DNA of 64,000 nt from Eledone cirrhosa (lineage: Eukaryota): the NCBI GenBank assembly GCA_964016885.1, contig OZ024764.1, forward strand, positions 11,346,001-11,410,000. The letters run 5' to 3'. A program made the position numbers and the translations under genes. The notes under the pieces were generated by a model. That model searched no databases and was not told where the DNA came from. It was given only the letters and a program-made list of their open reading frames with translations. Below, one piece after another: positions 28,511 to 43,234 of this stretch (its first letter is position 1; the number at the start of each line of letters is the position of its first letter).

Positions 28511-28701
28511 TATGTATGTATGTATGTATGTATGTATGTATGTATGTATGTATGTATGTATGTATGTATGTATGTATGTATGTATGTATGTATGTATGTA
28601 TGTATGTATGTATGTATGTATGTATGTATGTATGTATGTATGTATGTATGTATGTATGTATGTATGTGTGTGTGTGTATGAATATATATATCAATATATA
28701 T

Positions 28702-28746
<45 letters not shown>

Positions 28747-29051
28747 CATACATATATATATATTTATATATAAATATATACATACATATATATATATATA
28801 TAAATATATACATACATTTATATATATATATAAATATATACATACATATGTATATATATATATATATATATTTATAAATATATATATACATACATACATA
28901 TATATATATATATATTTATAAATATATATATACATACATATATATATATATATATTTATAAATATATATATACATACATATATATATATATATATATTTA
29001 TAAATATATATATACATACATATATATATATATATATTTATAAATATATAT

Positions 29052-29084
<33 letters not shown>

Positions 29085-29290
29085 TATAAATATATATATA
29101 TATACATACATACATACATATATATATATATTTATATATAAATATATATATACATACATACATATATATATTTATATATAAATATATCTATACATACATA
29201 CATACATATATATATATTTATATATAAATATATCTATACATACATACATATATATATATATTTATATATAAATATATACATACATACATT
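28511..29290. repeat. (TATG)n followed by an AT-rich minisatellite
   Basis: Direct reading. Confidence 0.95.
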
Positions 29291-29375
29291 GTCATCATTT
29301 TTCATCATCATCATCATCAGTTTTCATCATCATCATTTTACGTCCGCTTTTCCCTGCTTGCATATTTATATATAA

Positions 29376-29407
<32 letters not shown>

Positions 29408-29452
29408 GTATGTATATATGTATGTATATATGTATGTATATATATATGTATG

Positions 29453-29488
<36 letters not shown>

Positions 29489-29577
29489 TATGTATGTATA
29501 TATATATGTATATATATATGTATATATATATATATATATATATTATTATTACTATATGTATATATATATATATATAA

Positions 29578-29642
<65 letters not shown>

Positions 29643-29829
29643 AATCTGAGAGAGACAGAAAGAAATTCCGATGAGATACTTTTCTTTGTTTCCTGAAAAT
29701 TTTATAAGTTAATCTAAAAATGTAGAAACTCATTTCTTTATTTCTAGTTTTACTTAACCCTTTCGATGTAAAGCTGCCTGAATTTGAAAGAGCTGCTGGT
29801 TTTATTTTAGGAAAATGTTTGTTTTAAAG

Positions 29830-29923
<94 letters not shown>

Positions 29924-29982
29924 GAGAAAGAGTGAGATGGATATATATATATATATATATACAGAGAGAGAGAGAGAAGGAA

Positions 29983-30023
<41 letters not shown>

Positions 30024-30082
30024 TATCTTACATGGAGCTATGAAAATTTTCTTTGCCTTTATATGGTTGTATTATAAACTCA

Positions 30083-30112
<30 letters not shown>

Positions 30113-30116
<4 letters not shown>

Positions 30117-30195
30117 ATCAAAAGATGGTTAAAAGAGTTCCATGTACTTTATTATATCTGCATTGCTTTATTGTACTACAATAAAACTCACCTCC

Positions 30196-30199
<4 letters not shown>
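30113..30199 (+). mobile_element. Internally deleted family B element
   Basis: Left-arm start aagatcaaaagatggtt... fused to tail atctgcattgc...cacctcctaca. Confidence 0.75.
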
Positions 30200-30281
<82 letters not shown>

Positions 30282-30343
30282 ACCCATGCAAGCGTGGAAA
30301 ATAGATATTAAATGGTGATGATGATGATATATATATATATATA

Positions 30344-30530
30344 AGTAGTTCCACAACAATTAGTTCACCATACCGAGAACAAACGGTTCACCTTATTCAG
30401 ATCCGAATAAGGTGAAACATTTGTTCTCGGTATGGTGAACTAACTGTTGTGGAACTACTTCTCCCAAACTTCTCCCATGGATTGAGTGCTCTACTACTAT
30501 GGGTATAACCTACCAGTGTTCTACTATTAT
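30344..30530 (+). mobile_element. Short palindromic element (arms 30344-30459) plus tail containing ttgagtgct
   Basis: agtagttccacaac...gttgtggaactact; (TA)n flanks. Confidence 0.7.
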
Positions 30531-31129
30531 ATATATATATATGGAGGCATATTATACTCTGTTCTGTGCGAGCATCGAGTGCTCGACCGGCATACCGCCT
30601 GTGGACGCATTTTTCATGCAGCCATACAACTATCTATCTATATATATATATGTTTATCCTGGGTTCAATCGGGGGTAACCACAGTAAGTAAGGTACTCAA
30701 TACATAGCAGAGTATATATATTTAATATAGAAATGGCTTCTACAGGACTGGGGCACATAGAGGTTTACATATACATAAAGTTATATATGTTGCAACCGGT
30801 CACTTTGTGGCTCTATGAAGAATTAATAAATTAAATAATCAGTTGATTGTATATTTAGTCAGTTTCTACATGCTGTCGAAATGTTGGATAAATACCCTAT
30901 TGGGGCCACCGCGAAGAGGCCACTTTCGGTTATTTGTCGGAGATTTCTTCATAGGAGCCTTTATCCTTATAGCTTGGTCTAATTGATTTTTTATATGGTT
31001 AATTATGCTAATTGGGAGAGGAAATGGTATATATTTTATTTATCTAATGATTCTATAGACATGATTTATGATATATATCTATATATATATATCTATATAT
31101 ATCTATATCTATATATATGTATGTGTGTA

Positions 31130-32140
31130 CGTCAGGTCACTTTTCAGTGCTTCTAGTAGCATCTAACCCAGTACAACCTATGCATGGTCGAGTTGTTGGT
31201 GACTAAACCAGCCACCCCACCAAGCATGCTTGGTGAGGAGAGTGATTGTGGACACCCTGCAGGATGAAAAACAAAACCTGTTGTCAAAGGGCGGAGGAAC
31301 TCAAGAGAATCAACAGCCATCCAATGAAGCTTTTTTTTTGTTGTGGAGTGAGGGTCTCCTAGTCTTCATTAAGACATCTCTCTAGGAGAAAGGTCACTCT
31401 GATATAAAACCTACAACTTTATTTGCATCCTATGATGTAGACCAGTTCGATGTTCAGAGAGTGGGACTGGTCCTGTGCAAAACCTTTGCTCAGGATTTTG
31501 GACACCCTGCCGGATGAAAAACAAAACCTGTCAAAGGGCAGAGGAATTCAAGAGAATCAACAGCCATCCAATAAAGTTTTTTTTTTTTTGTGGAGCGAGG
31601 GTCTCCTAGTCTTCATTAAGACATCTCTCTAGGAGAAAGGTCACTCTGACATAAAACCTACAACTTTATTTACATCCTATGATGTAGACCAGTTCGATGT
31701 TCAGAGAGTGGGACTGGTCCTGTGCAAAACCTTTGCTCAGGATTTTGGACACCCTGCCGGATGAAAAACAAAACCTGTCAAAGGGCAGAGGAATTCAAGA
31801 GAATCAACAGCCATCCAATAAAGTTTTTTTTTTTTGTGGAGCGAGGGTCTCCTAGTCTTCATTAAGACATCTCTCTAGGAGAAAGGTCACTCTGATATAA
31901 AACCTACAACTTTATTTGCATCCAATGATGTAGACCAGTTCGATGTTCAGAGAGTGGGACTGGTCCCGTGCAAAACCTTTCCTCACTTAAAAAAGCTTCA
32001 AGCACAGGCATCGCTTGATATGTGACATTTGTTTTGCGATGCGTGGTATTGCTGGCCATAGGCAAGTCCCTAGTTGGACAAAAAACCACATCCGTGATGC
32101 GCTTGCTTAAAAATCAAGCAATGGCATTACTTGAAATCGA
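31130..32140 (+). mobile_element. RTE 5'-UTR-like dispersed repeat with an internal ~248-bp unit in 3 copies
   Basis: ggacaccctgc units at ~31250, 31500 and 31747; homologous to 60396-60830. Confidence 0.7.
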
Positions 32141-32431
32141 GTTGCAGCCATGATACAAATATATTTATCCTTTATACTCTTCCCTTCATTCTACACATCT
32201 CACAACACGCATCTCAACGTACACCCACTTACATCTCTCTCTCCACCACCGGACCTTGTTACCCGGAGATTTACCCATTTGCATTGTCGAGGCTTCCAAA
32301 CGACTTAAAGATATTTATATATATATGTGTATAATGAAATAAATATGGTTTTATAAATATAGTTTCCATTTGTTAATATAGTATATATATATTCAAAATA
32401 TTAACAAAATAGATATTCTTGTGATCAGTTA

Positions 32432-32498
32432 TATTTTATTATACATATTTCAGAGGTACTGAGTTAAGTTCAAGAGTACGTCCTCATCAGATAAAATA
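32432..32498 (-). ncRNA. Minimal hammerhead ribozyme motif (family A-related)
   Basis: Reverse complement tattttat CTGATGA ggacgtact..agtacctct GAA ATATGTAT A ataaaata. Confidence 0.7.
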
Positions 32499-32591
32499 AA
32501 ATGATACATGACATACCCTGACATAGTAGATGGTTAAGATTCAATCAAGGTAGTCATTTTTTGATGTATTCATTGAACCTTGTTTAACTCT

Positions 32592-32652
<61 letters not shown>

Positions 32653-32653
32653 G

Positions 32654-32953
32654 TGTTGAGAGGGATAGAATGTAGTGTACGGGAGAGGAGACTGAGGTGG
32701 TATGGGCATGTGATGCGCATGGAGGATGACCGATGGGTGAAGAAGTGCCAGGAAATGCCAGTTGAAGGAAGACGTGGTAGAGGTAAGACCACGTAAAACA
32801 TGGGCAGAGGTGGTGAGAACAGACCTCAGATCATTGAAGCTCACGGTGGAGATGACGAAGGACCGTGACAAGTGTGGAGAGATGCTGTGCTGAATAAGAC
32901 CCGTCCCACCCTTGCAAGCAGGGAAAAGCAGACGTAAAATGATGATGATGATG
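32654..32953 (+). mobile_element. RTE LINE 3' end carrying the same tail as SINE tail A
   Basis: RERRLRWYGHVMRMEDDRWVKKC... then cccgtcccacccttgcaagcagggaaaagcagacgtaaaa(tga)n. Confidence 0.9.
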
Positions 32954-32964
32954 AATTGTTTCTA

Positions 32965-33138
32965 CATTTTGCCAGCAATTACCCCAGTGCATTACTGGTA
33001 CTTTATTTTATCGACCCCCGTAAGGATGAAAGGCAAAGTTACCCTCGGCGGGATTTGAACTCAGACCATAAAGGGCCGTAACTCTTTGTTGCAAAGCATG
33101 GTGTCCGACCCTCTACCGATACTGCAAATCCACCGCCC
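32965..33138 (-). mobile_element. SINE 5' part of a second family (tRNA-like head plus gcctttcatcc..ggtcgataaa domain)
   Basis: Reverse complement contains B box gagttcaaatccc; homologous to 47690-47770 and 49855-50215. Confidence 0.7.
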
Positions 33139-33219
33139 TATATATATATATATATATAATGATGATGATGATATATATATGTAGGGGAATGATTTATCTA
33201 TATGTATATATATGTGTGG

Positions 33220-33315
<96 letters not shown>

Positions 33316-33639
33316 CTCCCCCTACCAAACTTAGTATGTAACACAATACCATTCCACACCACAACTCCAAATACCAATTTATTAATTCTATATTTCCCCA
33401 AACTCCCTAAAGAAACACAGGCGCCACCTGACTGGTTTCATAACAGCAGGGAGCTGGTGGATGAGAGAGGGGGGGGGGTGAATAGCAGGGGTCAGAAATA
33501 CACTGAGGATGGTAGCAGCAGCAGTGGTTGGGGGGTCAAACCACCAAAAACCAATAGGCAGTGACCTCTGAACCTCTCAATATTTATTCTACACATAAAC
33601 ATCATTCTTGATTTTTTTTTTTTTGGATTTTTAATAACT

Positions 33640-34490
33640 CTTTTGCTTGTTTCAGTTATTAGTCTGCGGCCATACTGGGGCACTGCCTTGAAGGGAGTGT
33701 GGCCATACTGGGGCAATGCCTTGAAGGGAGTGTGGCCATACTGGGGCACTGCCTTGAAGGGAGTGTGGCCATACTGGGGCACTGCCTTGAAGGGTGTGTG
33801 GCCATACTGGGGCAATGCCTTGAAGGAAGTGTGGCCATACTGGGGCACTGCCTTGAAGGGTGTGTGGCCATACTGGGGCAATGCCTTGAAGGGAGTGTGG
33901 CCATACTGTGGCAATGCCTTGAAGGGTGTATGGCCATACTGGGGCAATGCCTTGAAGTGGTTTAGTCTTGTATTCTTTTACTGGTTTCAGTTATTAGTCT
34001 GTGGCCATACTGGGGCACTGCCTTCAAGAGGTTTAGTCTTGTATTCTTTTACTGGTTTCTGGCGGCATTAGACTGTGGCCATTGCTGGGGCACTGCCTCC
34101 TTTTACTGGTTTCAGTTATTAGTCTGTGGTCATGCTGGAGCACTGCCTTGAAGAGATTTAGTCTAGTATTCTTTTACTGGTTTCAGTTTTTAGACTGTGG
34201 TCATAATGAGGCACTACCTTGAAGAAGTTTAGTCTTGTATTCTTTTACTGGCTTCAGTCAGTGTGACCATGCTGGAGCACTGCCTGGAAGAATTTAGTCG
34301 GTCATATCAATCCTAGTACATTTTTTTTTTTAAAACTTGTTTCACTGTTTTGACTGTGGCCATATGGCCATACTGGGGCATCGACTTGAAATTTAGTTCA
34401 TCATATCAACCTCAGTACTGATTTTTTTTTATGGGCTTTATTCATTTGACTGCTACCATACTGGAGCACTGCTTCACTGGTTTCAGTCAT
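33640..34490. repeat. 33-bp minisatellite (33665-33958) and degenerate longer units derived from a SINE-like 3' end
   Basis: gtggccatactggggcactgccttgaagggagt in about 9 copies; related to 2357-2411 (reverse complement). Confidence 0.85.
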
Positions 34491-34499
34491 TTAACCATC

Positions 34500-35925
34500 A
34501 CCACCCCCAAGGCTACCACCACTACTAACACATCCACCACCACAATTATTACCACCACCACTACTAACACATCCAGTACTACCACCACAACATCATAACT
34601 ATCAACAACACCACAGCTACCACTACAACCATCACAACCATTGCTACCACTACTACCACCACAACAGCAAACACCATCACCACCACCACCAAAACCACTA
34701 CTACCACCACTACCACATCCATCATCACTATCACCACTACCACCACAACAGCAACCACCATCACTGACAAAACACCAACACCACAACTATCACCACCACC
34801 ACCACCACTACTACCACCACTACCACATCCATCATCACTATCACTACTACCACCACAACAGCAACCACCATCACTGACAAAACACCAACACCACAACTAT
34901 CACCACCACCACCACCACTGCTACCACCACTACCACATCCATCATCACTATCACTACTACCACCACAACAGCAACCACCATCACCGACAAAACACCAACA
35001 CCACAACTATCACCACCACCACCACCACTGCTACCACCACTACCACATCCATCATCACTATCACCACTACCACCACAACAGCAACCACCATCACTGACAA
35101 AACACCAACACTACAACTATCACCACCACCACCACCACCAACGCCAACACCACTACTACCACCACTACCACATCCATCATCACTATCACCACTACCACCA
35201 CAACAGCAACCACCATCACTGACAAAACACCAACACCACAACTATCACCACCACCACCAACACTACTACTACCACTACTACCACCACTACCACATCCATC
35301 ATCACTATCACCACTACCACCACAACAGCAACCACCATCACTGACAAAACACCAACACCACAACTATCACCACCACCACCAACACTACTACTACCACTAC
35401 TACCACCACTACCACATCCATCATCACTATCACCACTACCACCACAACAGCAACCACCATCACTGACAAAACACCAACACCACAACTATCACCACCACCA
35501 CCAACACTACTACTACCACTACTACCACCACTACCACATCCATCATCACTATCACCACTACCACCACAACAGCAACCACCATCACTGACAAAACACCAAC
35601 ACCACAACTATCACCACCACCACCACCACTATCACCACCACCACCACCACCAACACCACTACTACCACCACTACCACATCCATCATCACTATCACCACTA
35701 CCACCACAACAGCAACCACCATCACCGACAAAACACCAACACTTCAACTATCACCACCACCACCACCACCACCACCAACACCACTACTACCACCACTACC
35801 ACATCCATCATCACTATCACCACTACCACCACAACAGCAACCACCATCACCGACAAAACACCGACACCACAACTATCACCACCACCACCACCAACGCCAC
35901 CACCACCAACGCCACCACTACTACC
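34500..35925. repeat. ~110-125 bp minisatellite built from CAC/TAC triplets
   Basis: Recurring accatcactgacaaaacaccaacaccacaac. Confidence 0.9.
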
Positions 35926-36286
35926 ATAGTCAACCCTGACTCGTGCTGACCTCATGACCTCTTGACATTCATCCTACACACAAACTTTGGTTTGAAGCTC
36001 CACCGCTTATTGGCTGCTTTTGTCTTCTCTGTTGTCTAGTGCAGCTGTTGCATCTTCAACGTAGACATACTTGTGTATAGAAATATCTGCATTTCACCCA
36101 CTCAAAAGTATATATTTCTGTATATATTCTATATAACTGCTCTGTAGAACAACTGATGTTGTTACATTGAGCTATTTATCTTACTGGTAATAAGGTAGTA
36201 ATAAGTTACTGACCTTCACTGTTTAGGGTTTAAAATATACATAACTATAAAAAGTTTTAGTATATACATAACCATAAATAGTATCC

Positions 36287-36324
<38 letters not shown>

Positions 36325-36462
36325 ATACTTTGAGAGGGTCATGTTGCCAATAAGAAACACACGCACCAGTTGCTTTCACTTCAATTTATTATAATAAATT
36401 TATAAATTTATAAATTTCTGGTTGGTTGGTTGGTTCCACAACCAGATAGTTGTTTATGTATT

Positions 36463-36505
36463 GTCATAGTTCTTTCGTCACACACTCTGTGACCTCTTCA
36501 GTGAC
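36463..36505 (-). ncRNA. Minimal hammerhead ribozyme motif
   Basis: Mirror of 36606-36648. Confidence 0.6.
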
Positions 36506-36605
36506 TGGGGATTCTTTTCTTTGTTTTTGTGCCTCTCCTTTGTTCTGTCCTACGCCATTGGACAGAACAAAGGAGAGGCACAAAAAACAAAGAAAAGAAT
36601 CCCCA

Positions 36606-36648
36606 GTCACTGAAGAGGTCACAGAGTGTGTGACGAAAGAACTATGAC
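36606..36648 (+). ncRNA. Minimal hammerhead ribozyme motif
   Basis: gtca CTGAAGA g gtcaca gagtg tgtgac GAA AGAACT A tgac. Confidence 0.65.
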
Positions 36649-36848
36649 AATACATAAACAACTATCTGGTTGTGGAACCAACCAACCAACCAGAAATTTA
36701 TAAATTTATAAATTTATTATAATAAATTGAAGTGAAAGCAACTGGTGCGTGTGTTTCTTATTGGCAACATGACCCTCCCAAAGTATAACAATATCGGTTT
36801 CAACACACGATTTCAGATAAAGAATCTTGCTAAACAAATTCAGAAACG

Positions 36849-36911
<63 letters not shown>

Positions 36912-37033
36912 TTTTTAAAATACGTCAATAAATACACCAGGATTTTTTCATTCTGATGATTGAAAGCAAAATTTTTTTTTGCTTTTAAGAAACCACTTGT
37001 AAATGAAATAATTGCCTTATGTTGTTTATTACA

Positions 37034-37488
<455 letters not shown>

Positions 37489-37788
37489 CATACATACACC
37501 TATATACCTATCTTCTCTCTATATAAGCCTGTAGGTTGAGGAAAAAGAGGAAGAGAGGAAGGGAGTACTCACTCTTGGTGATCCTGGAGATGAGGGTTGT
37601 ACATTTTTTTTTCGGGGTGTGTACAACCCCTGTGTAACGCCTCCCCCCTATTGGGGATTTCAATTGTTATTTGTTGTTTTATTAATAGTTTTATTTTCGT
37701 ATACCTGTATGTAAATTCCCCATTTGTATTTGTCCCCCTTTTTTGTGCCCCCGTGGCTAATAAAGAAATTTATCTCTATATACTCAAA

Positions 37789-37864
<76 letters not shown>

Positions 37865-37868
<4 letters not shown>

Positions 37869-38116
37869 CTGTTAAGGTTGATTTCCATGGGTATGACGGT
37901 ATTTATAAAACTAATTTTGTATTTTATCTGATGAAAGCGCACCAAGATTGCTTGGTCGCCCTTGAAATATATATAATAAACTAAATATGGTTTTATAAAT
38001 ATAGTTTCCATTTATTAATATCTTGGAATATTTACTCCAGTAAACTGTTGAGTGCTCTAAATCAGTTATAAATATTTATATTTGTCGGAATTCCAACAAA
38101 TTAAATACAACTTCTA
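37865..38116 (+). mobile_element. HHR element, family A (single arm)
   Basis: Homologous to 13690-13916. Confidence 0.8.
37923..37980 (+). ncRNA. Minimal hammerhead ribozyme motif
   Basis: tttat CTGATGA aagcgcaccaag..cttggtcgccctt GAA ATATATAT A ataaa. Confidence 0.7.
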
Positions 38117-38141
38117 CACACACACACACACACACATATAT

Positions 38142-38613
<472 letters not shown>

Positions 38614-38641
38614 CAAAAGATGGTTAAAGGAGTTCCATATA

Positions 38642-38708
38642 TTTTATTATGCGCATTTCAAAAACAAACATCATCAAGCAATAATATTTGTGTTTTCATC
38701 AGATAAAA
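38642..38708 (-). ncRNA. Minimal hammerhead ribozyme motif
   Basis: Mirror of 38815-38881. Confidence 0.7.
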
Positions 38709-38814
38709 CAGGAGAACATGATATGAAGGCTAAAAAACACTTGTGGATAGTGCAGTTTTAAATCAACATGCACTATCCACAAGTGTTTTTTAGCCTTCAT
38801 ATCATGTTCTCCTG

Positions 38815-38881
38815 TTTTATCTGATGAAAACACAAATATTATTGCTTGATGATGTTTGTTTTTGAAATGCGCATAATAAAA
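38815..38881 (+). ncRNA. Minimal hammerhead ribozyme motif
   Basis: ttttat CTGATGA aaacacaaatattatt gctt gatgatgtttgttttt GAA ATGCGCAT A ataaaa. Confidence 0.75.
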
Positions 38882-39009
38882 TATATGGAACTCCTTTAAC
38901 CATCTTTTGATCTTATATATTATGCATACTCCAGTCCCACAAACTGTAGAGTGCTTCTTATCCGATATCTGCATTGCTTTATTGTACTACAATAAAACTC
39001 ACCTCCTAC

Positions 39010-39072
<63 letters not shown>

Positions 39073-39267
39073 GCAAAAACAGTGAACAGTGGTTAGTGAG
39101 GAGGTATGGAGAGCACGGGGCTGTGAGGAGAGCAGGGGAATGAGGAAGAGAATGAGAGTTAAGCGGGGGTGGCTGGGAGTTAGATCCGGAAGATTGCAAG
39201 GTTAAAGGAAATGGTTGGAGAAGGGAAAAAATAGAGGGGGATGGGATAAAGTAAAGGTGAATGCTAT

Positions 39268-39720
39268 GGTGTGTATATGTGTGTATATGTGTGTGTGTGT
39301 ATGTTTATATGTGATGTGTGTGTGTGTATGTGTGTATGTGATGTGTGGGTGTGTATATGCGTGTATGTATGTGTGTGTATGTGTATGTGTATATATGTGT
39401 GTATGTTTATATGTGATGTGTGTGTGTATGTGTGTATGTGATGTGTGGGTGTGTATATGCGTGTATGTATGTGTGTGTATGTATATGTGTATGTGTGTAT
39501 ATATGTGTGTATGTTTATATGTGTATGTGTGTATGTGATGTGTGGGTGTGTATATGCGTGTATGTATGTGTGTGTATGTGTATGTGTATATATGTGTGTA
39601 TGTTTATATGTGATGTGTGTGTGTATGTGTGTATGTGATGTGTGGGTGTGTATATGCGTGTATGTATGTGTGTGTATGTATATGTGTATGTGTGTATATA
39701 TGTGTGTATGTTTATATGTG

Positions 39721-39785
<65 letters not shown>

Positions 39786-39910
39786 TGTATGTGTGTGTGT
39801 GTATATGTGCATATGTGATGTGTGTGTATGTATGTATGTGTGTATGTTTGTATGTGTTATATGTGCGTGTATGTATGTATGTATGTATGTGTGTGTGTCT
39901 ATATATATGG
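39268..39910. repeat. (TG)/(TA) compound minisatellite
   Basis: Direct reading. Confidence 0.9.
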
Positions 39911-40135
39911 GGGAGGTGTTGTAGTAAAAAGGCAAGAGGAAGGAGGAGATGGTGTAGATAGTTAAGTGTGTATAGCAGGGGTAGGGATGAGTGGGTGTTG
40001 ATGAGGCAGGGGATAGAGTTTGGGGCTGATGAAGACTACAGAAATATTAATTTCAAATAAATAAAATATTTATGAAATAAAATATTCATGAAAACCGGTT
40101 GAATTGTGACTTGGAACTAAAATAAAAAAAGGAAA

Positions 40136-41672
40136 TGGTGATGGTGATGATGATGATGGTGATGTTAGTGGTGGAGGTGGTGGTGATGGTGGTGGTGATG
40201 GTGGTAGTGAGGTGGTACTGATGTTGGTGTTGGTGATGGTGTTGGTGTTGGTGTTGGTGATGGTGGTGGTGATGGTGGTGGTGGTGGTGGTGGTACTGAT
40301 GGTGATGTTGGTGTTGGTGATGGTGATGATGTTGGTGACGGTGGTGGTGATCGTGGTGATGGCGGTGGTGGTAGTGATGGTGGTGGTGATGGTGGTGTTG
40401 GTGATGGTGGTGGTGGTGGTAGTGACGGTGGTGCTGATGATGATGGTGATGATGTTGATGGTGGTGGTAGTGATGGTGGTGATGTTGGTGATGGTGATGA
40501 TGTTGGTCGTGGTGATGATGGTGGTGGTGGTAGTGACGGTGGTATTGATGATGTTGGTGATGGTGATGGTGTTGATGGTGGTGGTGATGGTGTTGATTGT
40601 GATGGTAGTGGTGATGGTGGTGGTGGTGGTACTGGTACTGATGGTGATGTTGGTGATGATGGTGGTGATGGTGATGGTGATGGTGATGGTGGTGGTGGTA
40701 GTGACGGTGGTACTGATGATGTTGGTGATGATGTTGATGGTGGTGGTGATGGTGGTGATTGTGATGGTAGTGGTGATGGTGGTGGTGCTGGTGGTAGTGA
40801 TGGTGGTACTGATGGTGATGTTGGTGTTGGTGATGATGGGGGTGGTGATGGTGGGGATGGTGGTGGTTGTGGTGGTGGTAGTGATGGTGGTACTGATGGT
40901 GATGTTGGTGTTGGTGATGATGGGGGTGGTGGTGGTTGTGGTGGTGGTAGTGATGGTGGTACTGATGGTGATGTTGGTGTTGGTGTTGGTGATGATGTTG
41001 GTGTTGGTGGTGGTGATCGTGGTGATGGTGGTGGTGGTAGTGACGGTGGTACTGATGATGTTGATGAAGGTGGTGATGGTGGTGATTGTGATGGTAGTGG
41101 TGGTGGTGGTGGTGCTGGTACTGATGGTGATGATGTTGGTAATGGTATTGGTGGTGGTGGTGGTGATCGTGGTGATTGTGATGGTAGTGGTGATGGTGGT
41201 GGTGGTGGTTGTGGTGGTAGTGATGGTGGTACTGATGGTGTTGGTGATGATGGTGGTGGTGGTGATGGTGGTGGTGCTGATGATGGTGGTGGTGCTGATG
41301 ATATTGGTGGTGGTGGTTGTGGTGATGGTGTTGGTCATGGTAATGGTAATGGTGATGGTGATGGTGGGGATGATAATGGTGGTATTGGTGATGATGATGG
41401 TGACGGTTGTGCTGCTGATGGTGATGGTGATGATGGTGGTGGTGGTGGTGATGGTGGGGATGATAATGGTGGTATTGGTGATGATGATGGTGACGGTTGT
41501 GCTGCTGATGGTGATGGTGATGGTGATGATGGTGGGGATGATAATGGTGGTATTGGTGATGATGGTGACGGTTGTGCTGCTGATGGTGATGGTGATGATG
41601 GTGATGATGGTGGTGGTGGTGATGGTGGTATTGGTGATGATTGATGGTGACGGTTGTGGTGATGATGATGAT
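40136..41672. repeat. (GTG/ATG/TTG)n trinucleotide array
   Basis: Direct reading; explains the 549-aa and 488-aa ORFs. Confidence 0.95.
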
Positions 41673-41744
41673 AGATAAAATAATTTTGAAAAAAAAACTT
41701 TAAAAATTAATTTTTTCACAGAAATGTTTTACTACAGACCAGTT

Positions 41745-42310
41745 GACTGTGGGTGTGTGTGTGTGTGTGACTGAGTGTGTGTGTGTCTCTGACTGTGTGT
41801 AGATGTGTGTCTGTGACTGTAGATGTGTGTGTGACTGTGTGTGTGTCTGTGGCTGTGTAGATGTGTGTGTGTGACTGTGTGTGTGTCTGTGACTGTGTGT
41901 AGATGTGTGTGTGTGTCTGTGACTGTGTGTAGATGTGTGTGTGTGTCTGACTGTGTGTGTATGTGACTGTGTGTGCCTGTGACTGTGTGTGTGTCTGTGA
42001 CTATGTGTGTGTAGATGTGTGTGTGTCTGTGACTGTGTGTGTGTGTATGTGACTGTGTGTGTCTGTGACTGTGTGTGTGTCTGTGTGTAAATGTGTGTGT
42101 ATGTGACTGTATGTGACTGTGTGTATGTGACTGTGTGTATGGAGACATAATTAATTTTTTAACAAATTTTTACAATTAAATGACTATGTATGCATGTGCA
42201 CGTGTATGATGGTATGTATGTGTGTGTTGGTATGTATGTGTGTGTTGGTATGTGTGTGTTGGTATGCATTCAACTCTGTTTGTGTGTATTAAAGTGTCTG
42301 TGTATTCAGT

Positions 42311-42342
<32 letters not shown>

Positions 42343-42369
42343 CAGGTATTTGTGTATGTCTGTGTGTGT

Positions 42370-42436
<67 letters not shown>

Positions 42437-42507
42437 GACATACAGGTGTGTGTATTGAGATGTGTGTGTGTGTACCGGTATTTGTGTATGTCTGTGTGTG
42501 TGTATAC

Positions 42508-42550
<43 letters not shown>

Positions 42551-43155
42551 GACATACAGGTGTGTGTGTTGAGATGTGTGTGTGTGTACAGGTATTTGTG
42601 TATGTCTGTATACACACACACACAGACATACAGGTGTGTGTGTTGAGATGTGTGTGTGTGTACAGGTATTTGTGTATGTCTGTGTGTGTGAGTATACATA
42701 TACACATATATATACACACAGACATACAGGTATGTGTGTGTTGAGGTGTGTGTGTGTGTATACAGGTGTGTGTATGTGTATATTGTGTATTTGTGTATGC
42801 AGGTGTGTTTATGTGTATATTGTGGTGTATTTGTGTATACAGGTGTGTGTATGTGTATATTGTGGTGTGTGTGTGTGTGTATATTGTGTGTGTGTATATT
42901 GTGTGTGTGTATATTGTGGTGTATTTGTGTATACAGGTGTGTGTATGTGTATATTGTGGTGTGTGTGTGTATATTGTGTGTGTGTGTAGAGGTGTGTTTA
43001 TGTGTATATTGTGGTGTATTTGTGTATACAGGTGTGTGTATGTGTATATTGTGGTGTATTTGTGTATACAGGTGTGTGTATGTGTATATTGTGGTGTGTG
43101 TGTGTATATTGTGTGTGTGTAGAGGTGTGTGTGTGTAGTGTGTGTGTAGGTGTGT
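41745..43155. repeat. (TG)-based minisatellites
   Basis: gtgactgtgt and acaggtgtgtgtatgtgtatattgtg units. Confidence 0.9.
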
Positions 43156-43234
43156 TGGTGACCAGCAATAAAGCATGAGTTGTAGAGGTAATGGATTTGA
43201 TGGAATATGAAGGTGTTGAATATTTTAACAGGTA

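Larger units (their letters stand above)
36317..36850 (+). mobile_element. Palindromic HHR element, family E (arms 36317-36794, 9-nt loop 36551-36559, tail to ~36850)
   Basis: ~235-bp near-perfect inverted repeat within (TA)n. Confidence 0.85.

Noticed and set aside
35930-36200. Possible exon in unique sequence
   Set aside because: Only short frames with stops and no recognisable homology
36317-36794. Palindromes as pure assembly fold-back artefacts, or arm mismatches as ADAR footprints
   Set aside because: Recurrent arm-arm-tail design, diverged arms (27728) and single-arm siblings argue they are real; the few mismatches are ordinary transitions and too few to interpret
40070-41719. 549-aa Thr/Ile-rich ORF with a signal-peptide-like start
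   Set aside because: Trinucleotide array open on both strands; non-ATG start; no independent support
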